A stretch of DNA of 64,000 nt. Source: Smithella sp. M82 (lineage in GTDB: Bacteria; Desulfobacterota; Syntrophia; Syntrophales; Smithellaceae). The stretch covers positions 5,505 through 69,504 of the forward strand of contig MAEO01000003.1 of assembly GCA_001683985.1 (NCBI GenBank). The letters run 5' to 3'. Shown here one piece after another: positions 1 to 9,376 of the stretch. The notes beneath the pieces are model-generated. The model was not told the origin of the DNA. It did not search any database and worked only from the letters and a program-made list of their open reading frames with translations. Position 1 is the first letter of the stretch. Each line of letters opens with the position of its first letter. Both the position numbers and the translations under genes were made by a program.

Positions 1-2
1 GA

Positions 3-197
3 ATAATCGAAGTAAACGTAGTGGCTCACGGCTTTTTAAAATATATGGTGCGCAATATTGTCGGCACACTGGTGGAAATAGGCAGAGGCAAATGGGAGCC
101 GGAAGAAATGAAGAGGATTCTTGAATCCAAAGACAGAAAAATTGCCGGAGCTACAGCGCCGGCTTATGCCCTTTTTTTAAAGGAGGTCAAATACTAA
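3..197 (+). CDS. truA: tRNA pseudouridine synthase A, C-terminal fragment (gene begins upstream of the window)
   Basis: Frame 3 is open from the window edge and reads ...HGFLKYMVRNIVGTLVEIGRGKWEPEEMKRILESKDRKIAGATAPAYALFLKEVKY, with stop TAA at 195-197. This matches my memory of the conserved TruA C-terminus. Confidence 0.75.
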   Translation: MIEVNVVAHGFLKYMVRNIVGTLVEIGRGKWEPEEMKRILESKDRKIAGATAPAYALFLKEVKY

Positions 198-199
198 TA

Positions 200-1096
200 G
201 TGAAAATACTATTGCTGGGACATAAGGGAATGCTGGGAAGCGACCTTCTTTTAAGACTTTCCACGGAACATGAGGTCATCGGTATGGATAAGGAAGAAAT
301 TGATATTGTTTCCGCAAGCGATTGTAAAAAAGCGATAAAGGAAACAGAACCGGATATAGTTATTAATGCTGCTGCATATACCAATGTTGACGGGTGTGAA
401 ACGGCAAAAGAAGAATGCTTTGCCGTTAATGCCGAAGCGGTAAAAAACATTGCCGAGGGGTGTCGCGATAAAAATATTCCCATAATTCATTTCAGCACTG
501 ATTATGTTTTTGATGGAAAAGCCAAGCAACCTTACAAAGAAGATGACAAGTGTAATCCGATTAATGTTTACGGACAGTCAAAACTGGCCGGAGAGAAGTA
601 TCTTCAATCTCTTTCCCAAAATTATCTGCTGATTCGTACTTCCTGGTTATATGGAGTCGGGGGTAAAAATTTTGTTCAGACTATTCTGGAGAAAGCAAAA
701 GCTAAAAGCTTTATTGATGATACTATGGCCGGGACAGGCGCTAAAGCCGACCAGCCATCGACGTTATCGGTAGTTGATGATCAGGTCGGCTCGCCTACCT
801 ACACAAAAGACCTGGCAGCTGCTGTAGCGTTGCTTATTGAAAAAAACGCTCAGGGGATTTTTAATGTTGCCAATAGAGGAACATGCAGCTGGTATCGGTT
901 CGCTGTCAGGATTTTGAAGGAATCCGGTTTTGATAAAATTGAAGTAATACCCATCAAATCCGGTCAGCTGAAAAGACCGGCCAAACGCCCGGCTTGCAGT
1001 GTTTTGGATATACATAAGTTTGTTGAAACAACAGGAAGGGTAATGCAGCCCTGGCAGCTGGCGCTTCAGGATTATCTGAAAAATGTTAAGATATAG
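200..1096 (+). CDS. rfbD: dTDP-4-dehydrorhamnose reductase (RmlD)
   Basis: 298-aa ORF with a GTG start about 13 nt after AGGAGG. It has an N-terminal Rossmann motif (MKILLLGHKGMLGSDL), a YGQSKLAGE catalytic YxxxK and an LSVVDDQVGSPTYT motif typical of RmlD. Confidence 0.85.
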   Translation: MKILLLGHKGMLGSDLLLRLSTEHEVIGMDKEEIDIVSASDCKKAIKETEPDIVINAAAYTNVDGCETAKEECFAVNAEAVKNIAEGCRDKNIPIIHFSTDYVFDGKAKQPYKEDDKCNPINVYGQSKLAGEKYLQSLSQNYLLIRTSWLYGVGGKNFVQTILEKAKAKSFIDDTMAGTGAKADQPSTLSVVDDQVGSPTYTKDLAAAVALLIEKNAQGIFNVANRGTCSWYRFAVRILKESGFDKIEVIPIKSGQLKRPAKRPACSVLDIHKFVETTGRVMQPWQLALQDYLKNVKI

Positions 1097-1149
1097 CTTG
1101 AAATATTATTTAAATAAGTATGAGCCGACAAATTTGAGGAGCGATAAAG

Positions 1150-2943
1150 TTGTCCGAACGCATTGTCGTATTATCCGAAGAAATAGCCAATAAGATTGCT
1201 GCCGGCGAAGTGGTGGAAAGACCGGCTTCAATTGTCAAGGAACTGCTGGAAAATTCCATTGATGCCGGCGCAACCGACATCAGAGTGGAATTGGAAAAGG
1301 GAGGCTGCCAATCCATTAAGGTAATTGATAACGGTTCAGGAATAGAGCGCGAAGATGTTCCGCTGGTTTTTGAAAGGCACGCCACCAGTAAAATTCATAA
1401 ATTTGAAGATATCTTTAATGTTGTTTCTTTCGGTTTCCGCGGCGAAGCAATGCCCAGTATTGCCTCCATTGCCAAAGTCGAATTATTAACCAGACGCAAA
1501 AACGATTTATCCGGTGCAAAAGCAACGCTGGAGGCGGGCGCCATTAAAGAAGTAGCGCCCGCCGGCTGTCCCGAAGGCACACAAATATCAATTACCAGAA
1601 TATTTGCCAACGTTCCCGCCCGCAGAAAATTTTTAAAAACGGAAACAACCGAGCAGAGTGCGTGTCTGGATGTTGTTACCCGCATTGCTTTGGCTCATCC
1701 CGAAATTCGCTTTAAAGTATCGGCGAACGGCAAGGAGATTTTTGTTGCTCCGGAGGTCAGCGATATTTCCAAACGGATTTCTATGGTGATGGGTGATGAA
1801 TTCTCCGCGCATTGCCTTTCGGTTGATGAGCAAAAAGATAATATGAGTTTGACAGGATTTATTTCACGTCCGGAATACACCAAATCCAATTCCAAAAGCA
1901 TTTATTTGTTTGTTAATAGGAGATTTATCCGCGACAACAGCGTGACCCACGCCGTATTATCGGCGTACAGGCAGATTATCGAACCGAGACGTTATCCGGC
2001 AGCGGCGCTTTTTCTGAATATCCCGCCCGAAGACGTTGATGTCAACGTTCATCCGGCCAAGCTGGAAGTACGCTTCAAAAACGCGCACGGCGTTTATGAA
2101 TTGGCGTCAAGAACAATTGCGCAAAGTCTTGCGGAAACTGAAACGTCGAAAGGAAATTTCATTTATCGTTTAAAGCCTAAAGAGAAAAATGATTTTTCAT
2201 ACAGTTCTCCAAAAATAAGAGAAAAATCCCCCTCTATGCCTTTCGGTCTGTTTTCCCGGCAAAATTTACAAAAAGCGATCAATGAAGATTTATTGAAGCG
2301 TCCTTTTACGGAAAAAACGGCAACCGTTGTTGAAAGCGCTAATATGCCGGCAAAGGAAACAATATCATTTGCCGGCATGAAATATGTAGGGCCGTTTGCC
2401 GACACCTATCTTATATTTGAAGGGGATGAAAATCTTGTCTTGCTTGATCAACATGCGGCGCACGAAAGAATAATTCTGGAGAAATTAAAAAAATCAGCAG
2501 CAGGGCAAGTTGTCCGTCAGTCACTACTGATGCCGGAAATTATCAACCTTACGCCGGGGCAAATCACGCTGTTTTCCGGTTATATCGACTTACTTCGGGA
2601 GATTGGTCTGGAAATCGAAATATTTGGCGGGAATGCGGTTGCCGTCAAAGCAGTTCCGGCAAGTCTTTCACAGGTTAAAATAAGTGAGATGATCTCCGAT
2701 ATTGCCGATCAACTTGGCGATCAGAATCGAACGCCTTCCTTGCAGGAAAAAAGAGAAAAAATACTGGCATCGCTGGCCTGTCGCGCGGCGATCAAGGCAA
2801 ACAAGGTTCTTTCCCTGGATGACGTTGCCGCTTTGTGCCGAGAACTTGAGGCGACGTCTTTTAATCTTACCTGTCCTCACGGGCGTCCCATCACTGTTGA
2901 CTTTTCCTTAAACGAAATCGAAAGGATGTTTAAAAGGAAATAA
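1150..2943 (+). CDS. mutL: DNA mismatch repair protein MutL
   Basis: 597-aa ORF with a TTG start after GAGGAG. It has a GHKL ATPase N-terminus (IAAGEVVERPASIVKELLENSIDAG, DNGSGI) and a C-terminal dimerisation/endonuclease region (DQHAAHERI). Confidence 0.95.
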   Translation: MSERIVVLSEEIANKIAAGEVVERPASIVKELLENSIDAGATDIRVELEKGGCQSIKVIDNGSGIEREDVPLVFERHATSKIHKFEDIFNVVSFGFRGEAMPSIASIAKVELLTRRKNDLSGAKATLEAGAIKEVAPAGCPEGTQISITRIFANVPARRKFLKTETTEQSACLDVVTRIALAHPEIRFKVSANGKEIFVAPEVSDISKRISMVMGDEFSAHCLSVDEQKDNMSLTGFISRPEYTKSNSKSIYLFVNRRFIRDNSVTHAVLSAYRQIIEPRRYPAAALFLNIPPEDVDVNVHPAKLEVRFKNAHGVYELASRTIAQSLAETETSKGNFIYRLKPKEKNDFSYSSPKIREKSPSMPFGLFSRQNLQKAINEDLLKRPFTEKTATVVESANMPAKETISFAGMKYVGPFADTYLIFEGDENLVLLDQHAAHERIILEKLKKSAAGQVVRQSLLMPEIINLTPGQITLFSGYIDLLREIGLEIEIFGGNAVAVKAVPASLSQVKISEMISDIADQLGDQNRTPSLQEKREKILASLACRAAIKANKVLSLDDVAALCRELEATSFNLTCPHGRPITVDFSLNEIERMFKRK

Positions 2944-2951
2944 AATCAAAG

Positions 2952-3878
2952 ATGGAAAAGTTGCCGCTGGTAATAATCAATTCTCCTACTGCTACCGGTA
3001 AGACTCAACTGGCTGTAAATCTGGCGCTGGAATTCGGAGGTGAAGTCATCAGCGCTGATTCCATGCAGGTTTACCGTTATCTGGATATCGGTACGGCAAA
3101 GCCGACAATGGAAGAGAGAAGGGGTATCAAACACCATCTGATAGATATCGTTAATCCTGACGAAGAATTTAATGTCGCTTTGTTTGCTGAATCGGCAAGC
3201 AAAATTATTTCTGAATTGTCGGAAAAGGAAACACCTATTTTTGTAGTCGGCGGGACCGGACTCTATATTAGAGCGCTGCTCAGGGGAATTATTGAGACGC
3301 CGGATGTTGATGAAAAAATCAGAAATTATTATCGTCAATTGCGGGGTCAGTACGGCAAGAAGTATCTTTATGAATTACTGCTTCAAAGAGATGCCGCTGC
3401 CGCTGCTCAGATAAATCCTAACGATGCGGTCAGGGTAATCCGGGCGCTGGAAGTTTTGGAACAAACCGGGGAATCAATTACCGTCAAGCAGAAAAAACAT
3501 TCCTTTGCCGATACTCCCTACAGGACTTACAAAATCGGCCTGCAAGTTGAACGCAAAGAATTGAAACAGAAAATTAGGTTGCGCACCGATAAAATGATTA
3601 CCGATGGACTGTTGAATGAAATTAAAAGAGTTTTGGCTATGGGATATAGGGAAGATCTTAAACCGCTGCAGTCACTCGGTTATAAGCAAATTATCGGATT
3701 TATGCACAATAAGTATGATTGGGAACGCTGTGTGAATCTAATCAAACGCGATACCTGGCAATATGCCCGACGTCAGATGACCTGGTTTGCTGCGGATAAG
3801 GAAATAAACTGGTTTTCTCCTGATTCATTCAGTGAAATCAGCAATAATGTAGAAAATTTCCTGAAGCGAATCGATTAA
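2952..3878 (+). CDS. miaA: tRNA dimethylallyltransferase
   Basis: 308-aa ORF with the P-loop-like motif SPTATGKTQLA and DSMQVYRYLDIGTAKP, which are typical MiaA motifs. Confidence 0.95.
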   Translation: MEKLPLVIINSPTATGKTQLAVNLALEFGGEVISADSMQVYRYLDIGTAKPTMEERRGIKHHLIDIVNPDEEFNVALFAESASKIISELSEKETPIFVVGGTGLYIRALLRGIIETPDVDEKIRNYYRQLRGQYGKKYLYELLLQRDAAAAAQINPNDAVRVIRALEVLEQTGESITVKQKKHSFADTPYRTYKIGLQVERKELKQKIRLRTDKMITDGLLNEIKRVLAMGYREDLKPLQSLGYKQIIGFMHNKYDWERCVNLIKRDTWQYARRQMTWFAADKEINWFSPDSFSEISNNVENFLKRID

Positions 3879-3938
3879 AACAGCAGAAATACAGTTTGTT
3901 TTAACTTTCATCATAAATAAAGCGTCATGCAATATTGC

Positions 3939-3967
3939 TTGACTTAAATCGGTTCTAAAGATAATGA
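3939..3967 (+). promoter_or_regulatory. Candidate sigma70-type promoter (TTGACT, 17-nt spacer, TAATGA)
   Basis: The -35 TTGACT lies at 3939-3944 and the -10 TAATGA at 3962-3967. It sits upstream of repeat copy A and the lipoprotein gene. This is a sequence match only. Confidence 0.3.
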
Positions 3968-4009
3968 TATCGAACAGTTTTGGGAATAAATAATTATTAT
4001 GAAACCCAC

Positions 4010-4164
4010 ATGACGGTCTCCGTCACAAAGGAGCATGAAAATCTCCCCTGCCCTCTTTGCCGAAGAGGGGAACTTCCCCCTTTAGAAAAGGGGGATTGAG
4101 GGGGATTTGATGAGGATAGTTTTAAATAACAATATAAACAATGACTTAGAGGTGCATTTTCGAG
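4010..4164 (+). repeat. Dispersed ~155-nt structured repeat, copy A
   Basis: Near-identical to 57382-57540 in the same orientation; my hand alignment gives about 7 substitutions and 3 small indels. Hairpins: TGACGG-TCT-CCGTCA (4012-4026), CCCTCTT/AAGAGGG (4051-4069) and CCCCCTTT/AAAGGGGG (4076-4094). A 9-bp closing helix pairs 4039-4047 with 4100-4108. Confidence 0.85.
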
Positions 4165-4229
4165 TGAAATTTGTAAGTCGAACAATCCCGCCCAGCGGAG
4201 GGCATAATACCACGCAGCGAGCTCACGAA

Positions 4230-5492
4230 TTGTTTCCAAAGCTTGCTTTGGGGTTCTTCATACCCGTAATTCTTCCATTTATTATGTGTATAGCCGTATC
4301 ATCTCTGGTTTCCTGCGGGCCAAAGGCAAGGGTCGCGGTAAACCAGTTGGATACGCCAGGTCATCATACTTTTACGGGGCTAAAATTGCTGGAACTGGAA
4401 AAGTATCCTGATGCCCAACGGGAATTCACTATGGCGATTGAACTAAATAAAAATTATTCTAAGGCTTATACAGGCCTGGCTTTGGTTAATACCTTCACAG
4501 GTAAATTTGATAATGCCGGGGAAAATCTTATCCTTGGTTCCCAATACGCTGCTTCCGATGAAGAAAAGCTTTTCGCTTATGTCGGCAAAATCCGGTATTA
4601 CACTATCAGCAAAGCTGACTCAAAATGGCTGGAGTTGGCCGGCAATCAATTCGATGAGGCTGTGAAGATCGATTCCAGGTATTCGCCGGCATATTATTAC
4701 ATGGGAATAGCTTATAAAGATGCTTTGGATTTTAATCAGGCATTGCAAATGTTCACAAAGGTTATTCAGTTGAAAACTGACCATATTGCCGATGCCGACG
4801 CTCAGTTGAAGTTTTTGAAAAAGATTCAACAGGCTATGCCCGCTACAGCAGAAGGTAAAAAGATAGCTTTGGTAGAACGTCTGACCAGAGGGGACGCGGC
4901 GGCTTTGTTTATGGACGAATTAAAAATAAAAGAGCTTTATAAAAAACAGGCGCCGCAGGCTCCGGAGACGGTTGTAAAAGATGAGGAAAAAGTTTCTGCA
5001 GAGACACCAGCGAAAGATGTCGAAAAAATTACGGCGGAAGTGAAAGAAGTTGGGAAAAAATTTATAGAAGCTGTTACTGCTGTATCAGCTCCTGCTAAAT
5101 TAATGGCAAACGACATAGCGGATCACCCATTTAAAAAAGAAATTGAAGGGATACTTGAGATCGGAGTGCACGGTTTGGAAAATAATCCTAATGGTAATTT
5201 CAATCCCAGAGAAGTCCTTTCCCGTGGCGAATACGCAATTATAATGGAAGATATCTTAATAAAACTTACAGGAGAGAAGGATCTGGCTTCAGGATATGTT
5301 AATTCAAAATCTTTGTTTCCCGATGTGCCCGCGGATATGCCTTATTTTAATGCCATTATGTCTGTTGCTTCACGGGAGATCATGGAAGCAAAAAATGTAA
5401 AAACAGGTGAATTTGCTCCTTTGAAACCATTATCAGGAGTGGAAGCTCTTTTGACAATTCGTAAGTTGAAGGATAAATTGAAACTTAATTAA
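4230..5492 (+). CDS. Lipoprotein with TPR repeats and two C-terminal SLH-like domains
   Basis: The tracked ORF 4107..5492 starts inside the repeat. An in-frame TTG at 4230 gives MFPKLALGFFIPVILPFIMCIAVSSLVSCG, a signal peptide plus lipobox (LVSC). TPR-like segments follow (YPDAQREFTMAIELNKNYSKAY..., YSPAYYYMGIAYKD). Two SLH-like segments lie at the C-terminus (DIADHPFKKEIEGILEIGV...GNFNPREVLSRGEYA and FPDVPADMPYFNAIMSV...GEFAPLKPLSGVEA). Confidence 0.7.
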   Translation: MFPKLALGFFIPVILPFIMCIAVSSLVSCGPKARVAVNQLDTPGHHTFTGLKLLELEKYPDAQREFTMAIELNKNYSKAYTGLALVNTFTGKFDNAGENLILGSQYAASDEEKLFAYVGKIRYYTISKADSKWLELAGNQFDEAVKIDSRYSPAYYYMGIAYKDALDFNQALQMFTKVIQLKTDHIADADAQLKFLKKIQQAMPATAEGKKIALVERLTRGDAAALFMDELKIKELYKKQAPQAPETVVKDEEKVSAETPAKDVEKITAEVKEVGKKFIEAVTAVSAPAKLMANDIADHPFKKEIEGILEIGVHGLENNPNGNFNPREVLSRGEYAIIMEDILIKLTGEKDLASGYVNSKSLFPDVPADMPYFNAIMSVASREIMEAKNVKTGEFAPLKPLSGVEALLTIRKLKDKLKLN

Positions 5493-5753
5493 TTAAGTAT
5501 ATGAAATATAAGAATAAATATTTAAATAGGACTTAAAGCCCTTTTTAGTGAGTCCCAATTTTTTGAAGCGAAGCGCACAAAAATTTGCTGGACGAACTAT
5601 CCCGCGATAGCAGAGAGCGAATGCCTGTGATAATGAGACTCCAATGTGACAGCAAATAATTCAAATACCCTAAAGGACACTATAGGGTCACTATAGGCGC
5701 AGTCAGATTGGCAATATGCCACCGTGAGAGGAATTGAAGGAGAATAATGTTAA

Positions 5754-8414
5754 ATGTCGTCGACAAAAGAGTTAAGCAAAGCGTTTGAGCCGGCTAATGC
5801 CGAAAAAAGATTATACGATTATTGGTTAAGAAACAAGTATTTTCACGCTCAGGATAAAAGTGAGGCGCCGGCGTTCTCCATTGTTATCCCGCCTCCCAAT
5901 GTAACCGGGATGCTGCATATGGGGCATGCTTTGAATAATACGTTGCAGGATATCATTATACGCTTTAAGAGGATGCAGGGCTATAACACGCTCTGGATGC
6001 CGGGCATGGATCACGCAGGAATTGCCACGCAAAATGTGGTGGAACAGGAACTGATGAAAGAAGGATTATCACGCCATGACCTGGGGCGAGAGAAATTTAT
6101 TGACCGTGTTTGGGAATGGAAAGAAAAATACGGAGGCGTGATTATTAATCAACTCAAACGTCTGGGTTGTTCCTGTGACTGGGAACGGGAACGCTTTACC
6201 ATGGATGAGGGTTTGTCTCGGGCTGTTCGTGAGGTTTTTGTCCGGCTCTATAATGAGGGTATGATTTATCAGGGAGATTATATTGTCAACTGGTGTCCCC
6301 GTTGCCATACCGCCATTTCCGATCTGGAAGTGGAATTTAAGCAGGATGCAAGCTTTCTATGGAATATACGTTATCCTTTTGCGGATGGCAGCGGCGATAT
6401 TGTAGTGGCAACCACCAGGCCGGAAACAATGCTCGGTGATACGGCCGTGGCCGTCAATCCGCTGGATTTCCGTTACCGGGATCAGGTGGGTAAATTTGTT
6501 ATTTTGCCTTTAATGAATAAAAAAATACCGGTAATAGCTGATGATTATGTAACAATGGATTTTGGTTCCGGTGCAGTTAAGATTACGCCGGGTTCGGACC
6601 CCAACGACTTTGCCATGGCTCAGCGCCATCAGTTGGAAATAATCTCAATTATGGATGGTCACGGTATCATCAATGAATATGGCGGCAAATACAAAGGACA
6701 GGATCGTTATGAAGCACGTAAGAATGTATTGACTGATCTGGGGAAGGGCGGTTATCTGGTAGGTACCGAGCCTTACGCACACAATGTCGGTCAGTGTTAT
6801 CGTTGTAAGACGGATATAGAGCCGATGGTTTCCAAACAATGGTTTGTTAAAATCAAGCCTCTGGCAAAGCAGGCCATTGCCGCAGTTGTAAAGAATAAAA
6901 CAAAAATTATACCCAAAACGTGGGAAGCCACTTACTTTGACTGGATGAACAATATCCGTGATTGGTGCATATCCCGTCAGTTGTGGTGGGGGCATCGTAT
7001 TCCCGTCTGGTATTGCAATGATTGTGATAAAGTTATCGTTGCCATCGAAGATCCTAAAGAATGTCCTGATTGCGGAAATACCTCTCTGATGCAGGATGAA
7101 GATGTTCTGGATACCTGGTTTAGTTCCGCGCTCTGGCCCTTCTCTACTCTGGGCTGGCCTGATCAGACCGAATCTCTTAAAACGTTTTACCCCACATCAC
7201 TTTTAATTACCGGATTTGATATTCTTTTCTTCTGGGTGGCGCGCATGATGATGATGGGTCTTTATGTGATGAAAGACGTTCCTTTCAGGCATGTTTATCT
7301 TCACGCGCTGGTGCGGGATGAAAAAGGGGAGAAGATGAGTAAATCCAAGGGCAATATTATTGATCCCCTTTCCATGATTGATCAATACGGCACAGATGCT
7401 TTTCGTTTTACATTAGCAGCGTATACCGCACAGGGGCGAGACGTTCGTTTATCACCGGAGCGCATTGAAGGTTACAAATTTTTTGTCAATAAAATATGGA
7501 ACGCGTCCAAACTTACATTGACCAACCTGGCGGATTTCGATGAATCAGCGCCGGTGAATGATTCTGATTCGCTGCCTGATAAATGGATTAAAGCAAAGCT
7601 CAACAAAACGATTGCAGAAGTTACACGCGGTTTGGAAGAATACCATTTCAATGATGCATCCGCGGCAATTTATCATTTTATATGGCATGAATTCTGTGAC
7701 TGGTATCTGGAATTAAGCAAGCCTGTATTTTATGGCAAGGCAAGTCAGGAACAGAGACAGGCAACCCAAAAAACTTTGCAGGAAGTTTTCACAGTAATGC
7801 TGCAACTTTTGCATCCTTTTATGCCTTTTGTTACCGAAGAGCTTTGGCAGTCACTGAATGATAGTGACGAACGGTCCATCATGGTAAGTAAATTCCCCGT
7901 TGTCAATCCTGCATGGAAAGATAAAGCAGCAGAAAAGAAAATGGAGATGCTGATGAATATCATTACATCCATCCGTAATATTCGTGGTGAAATGCGAATT
8001 CCACCGTCAATTAAGTTAAAAGTCATGGTTTCCGCAGGGGATGATAAAAGCAAAAAAATAATCGGAGATGGCAAAGATTATATATTAAATCTGGCCAATC
8101 TTGAGTCCTTAACTGTCGAAGTGGGGTTGATTGAGCCAAAAGGTGTGGCAACCGGCGTTACCGGTGCAATAAGAATTTTCGTTCCTCTGGCCGGTGTTGT
8201 GGATATCGCAGGAGAGAAAGCCCGATTGGAAAAAGAGTTGACGAAGGTATCCAAAGATTTGGACCAGAGTTCCAAAAAGCTTGCCAATCGTGATTTTTGC
8301 GCTAAAGCTGCTCCGGAAATTATTCAAAAGGAAGAAGATAAATTAAAAGAATGCCAGGAAAAATTTAATACCTTGGAAAATGCGTTAAAGAAACTTAAAG
8401 AAATTTCCAGGTAA
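5754..8414 (+). CDS. valS: Valine--tRNA ligase
   Basis: 886-aa ORF with the class I signatures PPPNVTGMLHMGHA and KMSKSKGN, a CP1 editing region and a C-terminal coiled coil. AAGGAG lies upstream. Confidence 0.97.
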   Translation: MSSTKELSKAFEPANAEKRLYDYWLRNKYFHAQDKSEAPAFSIVIPPPNVTGMLHMGHALNNTLQDIIIRFKRMQGYNTLWMPGMDHAGIATQNVVEQELMKEGLSRHDLGREKFIDRVWEWKEKYGGVIINQLKRLGCSCDWERERFTMDEGLSRAVREVFVRLYNEGMIYQGDYIVNWCPRCHTAISDLEVEFKQDASFLWNIRYPFADGSGDIVVATTRPETMLGDTAVAVNPLDFRYRDQVGKFVILPLMNKKIPVIADDYVTMDFGSGAVKITPGSDPNDFAMAQRHQLEIISIMDGHGIINEYGGKYKGQDRYEARKNVLTDLGKGGYLVGTEPYAHNVGQCYRCKTDIEPMVSKQWFVKIKPLAKQAIAAVVKNKTKIIPKTWEATYFDWMNNIRDWCISRQLWWGHRIPVWYCNDCDKVIVAIEDPKECPDCGNTSLMQDEDVLDTWFSSALWPFSTLGWPDQTESLKTFYPTSLLITGFDILFFWVARMMMMGLYVMKDVPFRHVYLHALVRDEKGEKMSKSKGNIIDPLSMIDQYGTDAFRFTLAAYTAQGRDVRLSPERIEGYKFFVNKIWNASKLTLTNLADFDESAPVNDSDSLPDKWIKAKLNKTIAEVTRGLEEYHFNDASAAIYHFIWHEFCDWYLELSKPVFYGKASQEQRQATQKTLQEVFTVMLQLLHPFMPFVTEELWQSLNDSDERSIMVSKFPVVNPAWKDKAAEKKMEMLMNIITSIRNIRGEMRIPPSIKLKVMVSAGDDKSKKIIGDGKDYILNLANLESLTVEVGLIEPKGVATGVTGAIRIFVPLAGVVDIAGEKARLEKELTKVSKDLDQSSKKLANRDFCAKAAPEIIQKEEDKLKECQEKFNTLENALKKLKEISR

Positions 8415-8476
8415 TGATGCACATCCACTTTTTGTTTCTGATAGATAGAACACAAGTTGAAAGAGTGAGTAAATAA

Positions 8477-9304
8477 ATGGTTTCAGAACCGATTAAAAAA
8501 ATTATTAAATATGCATTGGCCGAAGATATAGGCACGGGTGATATTACTACGCAGGTTACCGTCAGTCCCAGGAAAAAGGGCAAGGCGATTGCAGTTGCCA
8601 AGGAAAATTTTGTTGTTGCCGGAATCGACGTTTTTGTGGAAACTTTTAGATTTCTTGATGAAACTATAAGGGTTAAAATATTGATTGATGACGGGCGTCG
8701 GGCAAAAAAAGGAGATGCCCTTGTCCAAATTTCCGGAAATTTATCCGATATCTTGCAGGCCGAGCGTGTTGCGCTGAATTTGTTTCAACGTATGTGTGGT
8801 ATTGCCACGCTAACTGCCGAATATGTCAAGGCGGTTCGCGGTACAAATGCAATAATTCTGGACACACGTAAGACAGCGCCGGGATTACGCATTCTGGATA
8901 AAATGGCTGTTCGTATCGGAGGCGGACGTAATCACCGAATCGGTCTATACGATGGGATATTAATTAAAGATAATCATATCGAAGCAGCCGGTAGTATTGC
9001 TGCCGCTGTGAAGGCACAGAGAAAAAATCCTTTTATGAAAATTGAAGTAGAAACCAGGAATATCAAAGAAGTTAAAGAAGCGCTGAAGTGCAATGTTGAT
9101 GTTATCATGCTTGATAATATGAATATTCCGGTAATGAAAAAAGCAATTGAAATGATAAACGGACGCGTTCTTATTGAAGCGTCCGGAAATGTCAGCCTGG
9201 AAAATGTTGCCGATATTGCTAAAATCGGAGTAGATTTTATTTCAGTGGGAGAGCTTACTCATTCCGTCCGTGCCGCCGATATTTCACTAAAAATTATAGC
9301 GTGA
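8477..9304 (+). CDS. nadC: Nicotinate-nucleotide diphosphorylase (quinolinate phosphoribosyltransferase)
   Basis: 275-aa ORF with typical NadC motifs (LQAERVALNLFQRMCGIAT, ILDTRKTAPGLR, IMLDNM). Confidence 0.93.
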   Translation: MVSEPIKKIIKYALAEDIGTGDITTQVTVSPRKKGKAIAVAKENFVVAGIDVFVETFRFLDETIRVKILIDDGRRAKKGDALVQISGNLSDILQAERVALNLFQRMCGIATLTAEYVKAVRGTNAIILDTRKTAPGLRILDKMAVRIGGGRNHRIGLYDGILIKDNHIEAAGSIAAAVKAQRKNPFMKIEVETRNIKEVKEALKCNVDVIMLDNMNIPVMKKAIEMINGRVLIEASGNVSLENVADIAKIGVDFISVGELTHSVRAADISLKIIA

Positions 9305-9376
9305 AAAGAACTGATCAATCCAATGTCATCGTGGAAACATTATTTAATTCTTTGACCTAGTATAATTATAATTTGT

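Noticed and set aside
4034-4084. Mini-ORF inside the repeat with a good Shine-Dalgarno sequence (AAGGAG-N1-ATG; MKISPALFAEEGNFPL)
   Set aside because: In copy B a 2-nt indel shifts the frame and gives an unrelated 25-aa peptide (MKISPNPSLPKRGTSPFRKGGWRGI). Conservation is at the RNA-helix level, not the peptide level.
4107-4229. N-terminal 41 codons of the tracked ORF 4107..5492 ([20 protein letters not shown]...)
   Set aside because: This part lies inside the dispersed repeat. The same sequence in copy B (57483 onward) hits a stop after 6 codons. An in-frame TTG at 4230 gives a proper lipoprotein signal peptide, so the extension is an artefact.
5600-5753. Possible T-box leader upstream of valS (GCGATAGCAGAGAGCG resembles a Stem I base; GTG followed by A could be a Val specifier; ...TGGCAATATGCCACCGTGAG vaguely resembles the T-box)
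   Set aside because: The conserved T-box core GGGTGGTACCGCG is not present. The leader is too short for Stems I-III. No terminator or sequestrator alternative could be drawn. The UGGC bulge would not match the A73 discriminator of the tRNA-Val encoded in this window. The ~260-nt valS leader remains unexplained, and an Rfam RF00230 scan would settle this.
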